This document shows, piece by piece, positions 53,031 to 60,743 of a DNA stretch of 64,000 bases. The notes under the pieces are model-generated. The model did not search any database. It had not been told where the DNA came from and was given only the letters and a program-made list of their open reading frames with translations. This DNA comes from Rhodoferax sp. (GTDB taxonomy: Bacteria; Pseudomonadota; Gammaproteobacteria; Burkholderiales; Burkholderiaceae_C): contig JBQTHH010000062.1 of assembly GCA_052390055.1 (NCBI GenBank), positions 310 to 64,309 on the forward strand, given 5' to 3'. The position numbers were made by a program, and so were the translations under genes. Position 1 is the stretch's first letter. Every line of letters starts with the position of its first letter.

Positions 53031-54239
53031 ATGCTGACCGATACCAAGCTGCGCAACCTCAAGCCACAGGACAAGCTCTACAAGGTGAACGACCGGGACG
53101 GCCTCTATGTGGCCGTCACCCCCGCTGGATCGATCTCGTTCCGCTACAACTACTCCATCAACGGCCGGCAGGAGACCATCACGTTCGGCCGCTATGGCGT
53201 CGGCGGCATCACCCTGTCGGAAGCCCGTGAGCAGCTTGGTGAGGCCAAGAAGCTGATCGCTGGCGGCAAGTCGCCAGCGAAGGAAAAGGCACGAGACAAG
53301 GCTCGCGTCAAAGACGCTGAGACGTTCGGTGCGTGGGCGGAAAAGTGGCTTCGCGGCTACCAGATGGCCGACTCCACCCGCGATATGCGCCGGGCGGTCT
53401 ATGAGCGCGAGCTAAAACCGAAATTCGGCAACCAGAAGCTGGTCGAGATCACTCACGAAGACCTGCGAGCGCTGACCGATGCCATCGTGGAGCGCGGCGC
53501 ACCGGCTACGGCGGTGCATTCGCGTGAAGTGGTGCTACAGGTCTACCGGTGGGCCATCGAGCGCGGCCAGAAGGTCGATAATCCGGCGGAATTGGTGCGT
53601 CCCACGACCATCGCGAAATTCGAGCCGAGAGACCGGGCACTGACGCCAGACGAGATTGGGCTGATGTACCAGTACATGGAGCGTATCGGCACCACGCCTT
53701 CCATTCGGGCAGCGGCCAAGCTGCTGTTGCTGACGATGGTGCGCAAGAGCGAGCTGACAAACGCGACTTGGGGCGAAATCAATTTCAGCGAGGCGCTGTG
53801 GACGATCCCCAAGGAGCGCATGAAGCGGCGCAACCCGCACCTGGTGTTCCTGTCCCGGCAGGCACTGGACATCTTCATTGCCTTGAAGACCTTTGCCGGC
53901 GGATCGGACTATGTGCTGCCATCACGGTATGACTCCGATACGCCAATGAGCAGCGCAACGCTCAACCAGGTGCTGACGCTGACGTACCGGCTTGCGCAGA
54001 AGGAGGGGAAACCCCTTGCGAAGTTCGGGCCGCACGACCTGCGGCGAACGGCAAGCACGCTGCTGCATGAAGCTGGATACAACACTGACTGGATTGAAAA
54101 ATGCCTCGCCCACGAGCAAAAGGGCGTGAGGGCGGTGTACAACAAGGCCGAGTATCGAGAGCAACGCACGGCGATGCTGCAAGACTGGGCGGACATGATT
54201 GACGAGTGGGCGCTCAAGCGGCCACGGCCATCGGCATGA
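53031..54239 (+). CDS. int: Tyrosine integrase (P4-like, arm-binding domain)
   Basis: MLTDTKLRNLKP, DRDGLYV, TMVRKSE, HDLRRT, LAHEQ, AVYN; catalytic R-H-R-H-Y intact. Confidence 0.96.
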   Translation: MLTDTKLRNLKPQDKLYKVNDRDGLYVAVTPAGSISFRYNYSINGRQETITFGRYGVGGITLSEAREQLGEAKKLIAGGKSPAKEKARDKARVKDAETFGAWAEKWLRGYQMADSTRDMRRAVYERELKPKFGNQKLVEITHEDLRALTDAIVERGAPATAVHSREVVLQVYRWAIERGQKVDNPAELVRPTTIAKFEPRDRALTPDEIGLMYQYMERIGTTPSIRAAAKLLLLTMVRKSELTNATWGEINFSEALWTIPKERMKRRNPHLVFLSRQALDIFIALKTFAGGSDYVLPSRYDSDTPMSSATLNQVLTLTYRLAQKEGKPLAKFGPHDLRRTASTLLHEAGYNTDWIEKCLAHEQKGVRAVYNKAEYREQRTAMLQDWADMIDEWALKRPRPSA

Positions 54240-54444
54240 AACCGGGGCGTGTGGCCTGAGTGCCCGACGACTTGCGGGCCTCAATCCACGCCTCGACCTC
54301 TTCCAAGTCCCAGGCCACGTTTCGGCTGGTGAGCGCGATGCGGCGCGGGAACTCCCCCCGCTGCTCCATGTTGAAGATGGTGCGCTCCGACAGCGGGATC
54401 ATCAAGAGCAGCTTCTTGCGGTTGATCAGGGTCTTGCTGGTCAT
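54214..54444 (-). CDS. AlpA-family excisionase / recombination directionality factor
   Basis: LINRKKLLLMIPLSERTIFNMEQRGEFPRRIALTSRNVAWDLEEVEAWI. Confidence 0.9.
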   Translation of the reverse strand: MTSKTLINRKKLLLMIPLSERTIFNMEQRGEFPRRIALTSRNVAWDLEEVEAWIEARKSSGTQATRPGFMPMAVAA

Positions 54445-54782
54445 TGTTCTTCTCCATACGAAAATTCGATGCGGGTGACCGTGGTTTCCGGGGTGCAGCC
54501 ACGGTGTGACGCGCAGAACATGGCGACAAAGCTGCTCGGCCACTTGTAGTCCGGGTGCGTGCCGAAGCCTTCCAACTCGCACTCGAGAAACCCATAGTCC
54601 AAGTCGTCGGTCATTGCCCGCAGCGGCTCGCGGCGCACGCTGACGACAGTCAGCGGATCGCGCAGCACGTCCAGCTTCTCGCCGGGGCGAAGCCCCATGC
54701 ACTTGCGCACCGGGCGCAGCTTGTCGCCCGGTTTCAAGTTCAGCCAGCCAAGCCTGCGCGTCACGGTCTTGGTGCCTTCCAT
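54441..54782 (-). CDS. ASCH/PUA-like phage protein, probably N-terminally truncated
   Basis: GTKTVTRRLGW ASCH signature (GxKxxTxR); ATGA-coupled to alpA; lacks the usual short N-terminal strand. Confidence 0.65.
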   Translation of the reverse strand: MEGTKTVTRRLGWLNLKPGDKLRPVRKCMGLRPGEKLDVLRDPLTVVSVRREPLRAMTDDLDYGFLECELEGFGTHPDYKWPSSFVAMFCASHRGCTPETTVTRIEFSYGEEQ

Positions 54783-55660
54783 GCTCCAAGTTGCGTACCG
54801 CCTTGACCGATTGACGTTGGAAACCAGTCGCCCCACTGCTTGAACAAAAACGGCACATCGGCGCCTGCGCACTGGTCGCGCAGGCTGCGTGCCCAGTCCG
54901 GGTGCATCGGCCGCGCACTCGGGCCGGATTCGCCCCCGGCGACGACCCAGTCAATGCTCCCACGCAGTTCGCGGTTTGCGGGCGTCAGAACGTCGATGCC
55001 GTGCCACTCGCGGCCTTCGACCGTTGGCGGGGCCACGTTGGTCAGGTCCACCGGCCCCAGCAGCGGCTCCGCGCTGATCCATCGCACGGCCGCCGACGTT
55101 TGCAGCAGCAGCGGGATGCGCTCATTGGCTGCCGCCTGGTCTTCGACGCTGACCCCCAGCCATATGCGCGGGTGCGGACCCTCGGCGTAGGCCACCTGGT
55201 CATAAATTCCGTCCGGGTCTGCGCCGCCGCCGTGGTGAATGGCCGCCAGTGCCCATTTCTCCCGGCGGTCCTGGGAGAGGTAGTCGCGCATGCGGTCGGC
55301 GCGCTTGGTCAGTACCTGGAACACATGGCCAGGCTGCTCGTTGCGACTCCAAAGGCACGCCCACATGACACCGAAAACGCTGTCGATGAACTCGTTGGGC
55401 ACATCGGCATGGAACAGGTCGGACATGGAATTCACGAAGATGCGCCGCGGCTTCGTCCATCGGATGGGCAGCCCCAGAACATCACCATGGGTGCGCACGT
55501 CGGTGAATTTCCGGCCGTAGTAGCGCGTCTGCGAGTTTGCGGATAGCCGTGCCCAGTCGCGCTCAGCGTAGCAGTGCTTGCAGCCTTGAGAAACCTTGGT
55601 GCAGCCGGTGACCGGGTTCCAGGTGGCATTGGTCCATTCGATCTTGGTGCTATCGGCCAT
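54761..55660 (-). CDS. Phage Gp37/Gp68 (DUF5131) protein
   Basis: IEWTNATWNPVTGCTKVSQGCKHCYAE, IFVNSMSDLFH, FQVLTKR, SAEPLLG, WVVAGGESG, PFLFKQWG. Confidence 0.9.
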   Translation of the reverse strand: MADSTKIEWTNATWNPVTGCTKVSQGCKHCYAERDWARLSANSQTRYYGRKFTDVRTHGDVLGLPIRWTKPRRIFVNSMSDLFHADVPNEFIDSVFGVMWACLWSRNEQPGHVFQVLTKRADRMRDYLSQDRREKWALAAIHHGGGADPDGIYDQVAYAEGPHPRIWLGVSVEDQAAANERIPLLLQTSAAVRWISAEPLLGPVDLTNVAPPTVEGREWHGIDVLTPANRELRGSIDWVVAGGESGPSARPMHPDWARSLRDQCAGADVPFLFKQWGDWFPTSIGQGGTQLGAWKAPRP

Positions 55661-56457
55661 CACGCCCCCCGTGCCATTTCGGCCAACTGATTGAGACGAT
55701 CCGCCGGAAGGGTGATGCTGCGCGCCGACAGCCGACGGTCAACAAACAGCGTCACGCGGCCGTTCTGCGCGTGATAGCCCGTCAGCCCGGTCACGGTGAA
55801 TGGGCGGCGTGGCGTCGCCGCGCGCTTCCGTTGAGCCGTCGACGTGGAGGTGATGCCGCGCCCGGCTTCCAGCTCAGCGATGCGGCGCTTGAGGCCAGCT
55901 ACGTAGGCTGCTGCGTTGGCGGGCGTGTCCTCACCGCTGATTTCTCCAATGGCCTGCCGCCAGGCGTCGCGTTGCTTTTCCGCGCGCTCGGCGTGCTCCT
56001 GCATCATCCGGCCCCCAGCCTCGGCGTTCACCAGGTCATGGCGCAGGGCCTGGACCTGCGCTTCCAGCTCGGCGAGCTTTGCCGCATTTCCGCGGTGCAT
56101 TTTCGCCATGGCTGCGGCGGCCAGTACCCCGTCACCAGAATCGTCGGTGGTGCCGATCGCCTCCAGCAGCAGGCGTATGTGCTTGCGCTTTTCGCGGTTT
56201 GCTGCGACCACCTGTGCGGCATTGGGTTTCGGCATGGCTGGCGCGATGCTGGTCAGCCGATAAATCAGCTCGTTCCCCTTGCCTTGGCCATCTACGCACT
56301 CAACGACACCCTCGGTCCGCAGGGCGTTGAGCGCGTTGTTCACGCTGCCCTGAAAACCCGTGCGGCCAATGGACCGGGCTATCTCTTCGGCGGTCGCATC
56401 CTTTCCCTTGCCAAGGTGCGCGGTGATGAGTTTTTTCAGGTTGTCCGTGGTCATCAT
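55660..56457 (-). CDS. Hypothetical protein: N-terminal winged HTH plus coiled coil
   Basis: ATAEEIARSIG...VNNALNALRTEGVVEC...IYRL; heptad-rich middle. Confidence 0.65.
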   Translation of the reverse strand: MMTTDNLKKLITAHLGKGKDATAEEIARSIGRTGFQGSVNNALNALRTEGVVECVDGQGKGNELIYRLTSIAPAMPKPNAAQVVAANREKRKHIRLLLEAIGTTDDSGDGVLAAAAMAKMHRGNAAKLAELEAQVQALRHDLVNAEAGGRMMQEHAERAEKQRDAWRQAIGEISGEDTPANAAAYVAGLKRRIAELEAGRGITSTSTAQRKRAATPRRPFTVTGLTGYHAQNGRVTLFVDRRLSARSITLPADRLNQLAEMARGA

Positions 56458-56771
56458 GCTGCCACCCTCACGTTTTGGCCCCAAAGCTCTGTCGTCTCGC
56501 AGCTACGGGTGTTGTGGAATTCGGCCAGCTTGCGCCAGCCAGCAGATTCGAGAACGCGCTTCTGCGCAGCATTGCCCGCGGCCACCGTGCAGATGGCGAA
56601 GTCGTGAAGCTGAGCCTTCACGGCGGCGATCTGATGGGCCTTGAGCATGTGGCCATAGCCACGGCCGCGCATATCCTGGGGCACCATGAACCCGTGGCAA
56701 ACCGCGACCTGCGGCTGCCCCGGCAGCGGCGTCACCTCGTAGGCGCCGTAGTCGGTGGCGTAGCGTGTCAT
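56454..56771 (-). CDS. Minimal GNAT-family acetyltransferase
   Basis: FMVPQDMRGRGYGHML (acetyl-CoA motif A), ICTVAAGNAAQKRVLESAGW (motif B); ATGA overlaps on both sides. Confidence 0.7.
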   Translation of the reverse strand: MTRYATDYGAYEVTPLPGQPQVAVCHGFMVPQDMRGRGYGHMLKAHQIAAVKAQLHDFAICTVAAGNAAQKRVLESAGWRKLAEFHNTRSCETTELWGQNVRVAA

Positions 56772-57133
56772 GGCGTCACCTCCATGGCGGCTTTCTTGGC
56801 CTTCCTCTTCTCGGCCTTGGCCGCCTGGCGCTGCTTGAACTCCTTGAGGATCGAGCAGCGGCCCGGCACACGCTCCAGGGCACAGTTCATTGGCGCGCCG
56901 CTGCCTCCGAAGTTGGCGCAGTGCGTCATGTAGCAGGACGGCGGTTCCAGCACGGCGATGATCTGGAAGAACAGGCCATGGATGTCCCGGTCGGACATAC
57001 CGCGCCGCTCCAGGTCCTGGCGCAACTCGCGCACGGAGAACCGCTGCTCGTCGCTGTTCCAAGGGTCGTGCTTCACGGCGCGGGCCACGGCCTTCTCCAG
57101 GCGTGGCGTGCTCAATCGAAGTAGAGTGCTCAT
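56768..57133 (-). CDS. Hypothetical phage protein with four-Cys cluster
   Basis: 121-aa ORF; CYMTHC...NC...RC, basic C-terminus. Confidence 0.65.
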   Translation of the reverse strand: MSTLLRLSTPRLEKAVARAVKHDPWNSDEQRFSVRELRQDLERRGMSDRDIHGLFFQIIAVLEPPSCYMTHCANFGGSGAPMNCALERVPGRCSILKEFKQRQAAKAEKRKAKKAAMEVTP

Positions 57134-57145
57134 TTCTACACCCCC

Positions 57146-57406
57146 TTACTTTGCTGCTCGCAGCTTCTGCGTCAGCGGCCAGTACAGCTTGCCCTTGCTA
57201 CGCGCCGTCTTGCCAGGCACACGGACGAGGTAGCTTTCGACTGCGCGTGGCCGACCATATGAGTCGGTCTCAATTCGTTGGTCTTGCGATAGCCACTCCA
57301 TGGGGGCCTTGATGACTTCAACGATGCCGGTTTTTTCCGTCGCGCTGCCGTTGGCTTGACTGCTCCAGGTCACTTTTTGCCCGAGGTGAAATTTCATAAC
57401 GCTCAT
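57146..57406 (-). CDS. Hypothetical phage protein (SH3/KOW-like beta-rich)
   Basis: MKFHLGQKVTW...KTGIVEV...YLVRV...LYWP. Confidence 0.65.
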   Translation of the reverse strand: MSVMKFHLGQKVTWSSQANGSATEKTGIVEVIKAPMEWLSQDQRIETDSYGRPRAVESYLVRVPGKTARSKGKLYWPLTQKLRAAK

Positions 57407-58143
57407 GCAGTGACCCCCTCATCTTCTGCTTCGACAAACTGGCCGTTGATGTCGAGCTCGTACCAGACGCCAGGCCTGATGCCGTTGTCGCCGACCTTGC
57501 TGGCACGAATGTGGGTGATGTTGCCGTCGCTGTCCCGATGCACGAGCACAATGGCCCCCGTCTCTCCAGCCATTGCCCGTCCTTCGCGGCCGCAGGCAAT
57601 GGCCACAGAGTGTTTTCCGGTGCTGCTGGCCGCGCCATAGTCCCCGGTGCTGCTGGCCGCGCCATAGTCCCCGGTGCTGCTGGCCGCGCCACGGGCCCCG
57701 GTGCTGCTGGCCGCGCCACGGGCCCCGGTGCTGCTGGCCGCGCCTTGGTACCCGGTGCTGCTGGCCGGTGAGTCAGGATCGATGGGGTTGCACCGGCTGC
57801 TGGTGTATTCGATGGCTGCCTTCACCAAGCCGGCAATGCTGATCTCGGCCATGATCGAAATCGACTTGCTGGCAACCTTCGTGTCACCATCGTGCCGGCT
57901 CAGGTCGCCGGATTGCTGGACGACAGCGAACCGATTGCCTGCTGGCGGGTAGTAGCGGAACACGTCCAGCGGGTACTCGCAAGCGTGAAATCCTGAATCG
58001 CACGCCTTGACAGCGCCGTCGTGCTTGAAGGTCTCCCCGACCTTGTACTTGAAGCCACGGCACTCCCATTTGTCGTTGAAGCCTTTGAATGACGTGATGC
58101 TTTCCTCGATGGCCTTCACTTTCTTCTTGGCCTTAGCGGTCAT
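57403..58143 (-). CDS. Phage protein with GAASSTGxx repeats
   Basis: FKGFN...CRGFKYKVGETF...GFHACEYPLDVFRYY domain, repeats, then NGIRPGVWYEL. Confidence 0.8.
   Translation of the reverse strand: MTAKAKKKVKAIEESITSFKGFNDKWECRGFKYKVGETFKHDGAVKACDSGFHACEYPLDVFRYYPPAGNRFAVVQQSGDLSRHDGDTKVASKSISIMAEISIAGLVKAAIEYTSSRCNPIDPDSPASSTGYQGAASSTGARGAASSTGARGAASSTGDYGAASSTGDYGAASSTGKHSVAIACGREGRAMAGETGAIVLVHRDSDGNITHIRASKVGDNGIRPGVWYELDINGQFVEAEDEGVTA
57617..57766. repeat. 27-bp coding tandem repeat, 5 full units plus 1 partial
   Basis: ccggtgctgctggccgcgcc plus 7 variable nt at 57617, 57644, 57671, 57698, 57725; partial at 57752. Confidence 0.95.
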
Positions 58144-59948
58144 GCTGCCTCCTTGAGTTGCCCGGCCACGCCGTTCTCGATCCAGTGCGCTTCGACCGCC
58201 TCCGGTAAATGAGCCGGGAGCGCCTTCAGCGTGCCGAACACCAGGGCGGTGTCGAACTCGCCGTCCTGGGCCATGCCGTCGAGCCAGTACAGCAGGTCCT
58301 CGCGGCCCTTGAGATCGAGCACGTCGAAGCGGTCCAGCACCAGCAGGCGCACGCCTGCCAGGTGCGAAACCGCCTCGGCGATCATTGCGTCAACACGCCA
58401 CTTCTCGGATTCGCTGATAAGGGCGTAATCGCGCTCGCCATAGGTGATCCGCATATCGGCCCGGATTGCCACCGGGGCCCACTCGGCCACTGCGGCGCTG
58501 TGCTGCATGCGCTTGTTGATCGGGCCCAAGGCCTCGCCCAGCATTTCGCCCGGGATGCCGTCGGGCGCCAGCGCGTCGGCGATGTCGGTCCAGGCCAGTA
58601 CGTCCGCATGCAGGGCGGTTGCCTGGTCGATGACGGCCTGCCGCTGGGTCGCCTGCTCGGCCATGGCGCGGTACTTGTCGGCGTCTGCGCGCCACGCATT
58701 GCGCTTTGCGGTCTGCTCCGCCACCTTGGCCTGCAGTGGCTCCAGGTTGATGACTTCGGCGGCCTGCTCATCCAACTCCTTGAGCCGGGCCGCAGCCTGC
58801 TCGGCGGTAGCCAGGTCGCGCTTGTCGTTGGCGACAGCGCTCTGCACCAGGGCCAGCGCCCGTTCGTATTCCGGGAGCTTGGCCACGGCCTCGGGATCCG
58901 GCGCGTCGCCTTTCTTGTGCGGCCAGCCGTGCAGCTTCTTGTACTCGGCAAGGTGGGTCTCGGCGCGGTTGATCAGGCTCTCGTCGAACGGATCAGGGAA
59001 CGAGCGGGCCACGGAAAGGAAATCGTCGGTCACGCTGGCTAGGCCGCGCAGCAGGAACTCGCCCGGGGCTTTCGGATTGACGGGCGCACTGCCGGCCTTC
59101 TCTCGGGTGGCGGCGACCCTCTGCCCCCATTCAGCGACCTCGGCTTCGTCGCGCGCCAGCTTGGCCTTGATGCGCTCCATGCGCCCGGACTGTTCCTCCA
59201 GCGTGGCGCGTTGGGCGACCAATTGCTGGCGCTTCTGCACCGCCGCCGTGGCCGCGCCCAGTTCCTGCTGAGCTGCGCCGAGCAGCGTTTCGTATTCCGC
59301 GGCCTGGGCCATGGCGTTTTCGCGCAGCGATGTGGCGCGGGTGGCATCGGTAGGCAGCGGCGCCGGTTGCCACTTCGCCGCCTTGTCCTTGCCCCAGGTT
59401 TCGCCGCCGGTCGCGGTCTTCCAACTCGCCTTGGCGTCGCGGGCCTTGGCCGCTGCTTCCTTCTGGGCAGCATCGAAGCCTGCGCGCAGGATCGGCACGA
59501 TCTGCTCAACCTTCTTGGCGTCGCAGCCGCGGGCCAGCAGGCGATCCTTGACGGCCCCGCCATCGGTACGCAGCCCCATGAGGCCGAACAAGAACGCGCG
59601 GCGGTCCTTGTCGTCAAGGCGGGCGAAGCGCTGGGCGTCCAGCACGAAGGGCAGCGCGGCGCCGTCGCAGTGGATGCCCTTGCCGGATGGCAGCACCACC
59701 GAGTAGGTTGTGCCGGCCGTGGTCACCTCAACGAAGCCGGATTCCTGGTCCTCGGTGACCAGGTGGCCGTATTCCTTCTTGAGCCCTACGCGGACAGCCT
59801 CGCCGGTCAGGGCCATGCGGACAGCCTCCTGCAAGCTGGACTTGCCCGCGCCGTTGCGACCAGCGAACAGCGACACCGACCTGGCCAGGCGCACGTCCAC
59901 TGCGCGCGCGCCAAGGACGTTGCATGTCTTGATGGTGGTGATCTTCAT
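58140..59948 (-). CDS. SMC/SbcC(Rad50)-like AAA ATPase
   Basis: GRNGAGKSS Walker A, long coiled coils, C-terminal ISESEKWR and LVLDRFDVLD. Confidence 0.82.
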   Translation of the reverse strand: MKITTIKTCNVLGARAVDVRLARSVSLFAGRNGAGKSSLQEAVRMALTGEAVRVGLKKEYGHLVTEDQESGFVEVTTAGTTYSVVLPSGKGIHCDGAALPFVLDAQRFARLDDKDRRAFLFGLMGLRTDGGAVKDRLLARGCDAKKVEQIVPILRAGFDAAQKEAAAKARDAKASWKTATGGETWGKDKAAKWQPAPLPTDATRATSLRENAMAQAAEYETLLGAAQQELGAATAAVQKRQQLVAQRATLEEQSGRMERIKAKLARDEAEVAEWGQRVAATREKAGSAPVNPKAPGEFLLRGLASVTDDFLSVARSFPDPFDESLINRAETHLAEYKKLHGWPHKKGDAPDPEAVAKLPEYERALALVQSAVANDKRDLATAEQAAARLKELDEQAAEVINLEPLQAKVAEQTAKRNAWRADADKYRAMAEQATQRQAVIDQATALHADVLAWTDIADALAPDGIPGEMLGEALGPINKRMQHSAAVAEWAPVAIRADMRITYGERDYALISESEKWRVDAMIAEAVSHLAGVRLLVLDRFDVLDLKGREDLLYWLDGMAQDGEFDTALVFGTLKALPAHLPEAVEAHWIENGVAGQLKEAA

Positions 59949-60676
59949 GCGGCCTCCCCACCCAGGTCATCTGCAGCATCGCCATGGGCCTTCCACCAAG
60001 CGGTGTTGTTCTCCTGCTGCCACGCCTTCCAACCGATGATCCACTGGATGCACAACTCACCGCGAATCACTGGGCAGTCGGATTGCAGCTTGCCCTCGCT
60101 GGCTGCGTGGTAGCCGTCGTCGTGAGCCTGCTGCAACTCGGAGTCGAGCGGCTTGTGCTCGATGGCGATCAGCTCGGCATCGACAACATCACCGTCGTCG
60201 GCGCCTGCGCCGTCCATGCCTTTGCCGTCGCCATTCGGGTCATATTCGTGCCCCAGGTCCATGGTGCGCTGGTCTGCCTCGCCCTGTATCTTGTCCATCC
60301 CGCCGGTGTGCTGGGCGGGGTTGGCGACAACCACCAGCACCGCCTTGCCGCTGGCTTCGTACAGCTCGTGCAGGTTCGGCGCAGCGCTGCTGAACTTGAC
60401 AACGGCCTTCACGCCGTCCTTGATGGTGATCTGGTCGAGGTCACCGGCCACCACGGTGCGGCCCTCGCTGGCGATCAGGTGCACGGCCATCTTCACGTTG
60501 GTTTCCACGCGATCACGAAGGCGGTCGATCACGTCGTCCTGTTTGGCTTTGGGTATCTTGGCCCACACATCGGGCAGCAGCTTGATTTCCTGCACGAGGG
60601 CCTGCAGCAGGTCGCGCCCAACGGTCGCGGAGGTCATGGACAGGAGCGCTTTCACGTCATCGTTCGATTCGGTCAT
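59945..60676 (-). CDS. Phage protein with C-terminal ribosome modulation factor (Rmf)-like domain
   Basis: LQQAHDDGYHAASEGKLQSDCPVIRGELCIQWIIGW matches the Rmf A-x3-GY-x-A-x3-G-x5-CP-x9-W-x2-GW pattern. Confidence 0.72.
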   Translation of the reverse strand: MTESNDDVKALLSMTSATVGRDLLQALVQEIKLLPDVWAKIPKAKQDDVIDRLRDRVETNVKMAVHLIASEGRTVVAGDLDQITIKDGVKAVVKFSSAAPNLHELYEASGKAVLVVVANPAQHTGGMDKIQGEADQRTMDLGHEYDPNGDGKGMDGAGADDGDVVDAELIAIEHKPLDSELQQAHDDGYHAASEGKLQSDCPVIRGELCIQWIIGWKAWQQENNTAWWKAHGDAADDLGGEAA

Positions 60677-60743
60677 GGGGTCGGTTCCTTTCAGTCGTGT
60701 TGGTTATTGGGTTAAGAGATCTGTCGGGCTTCGGGGCAGAGGG

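Noticed and set aside
57617-57766. Regularly spaced repeats resembling a CRISPR array
   Set aside because: Variable parts are only 7 nt, the repeat is in frame inside a protein, and no cas genes are present.
57403-58143. Ice-nucleation protein call from Gly/Ser/Thr repeats
   Set aside because: The 9-aa period and few units do not match the 8/16/48-residue InaZ pattern, and the flanking domains are phage-type.
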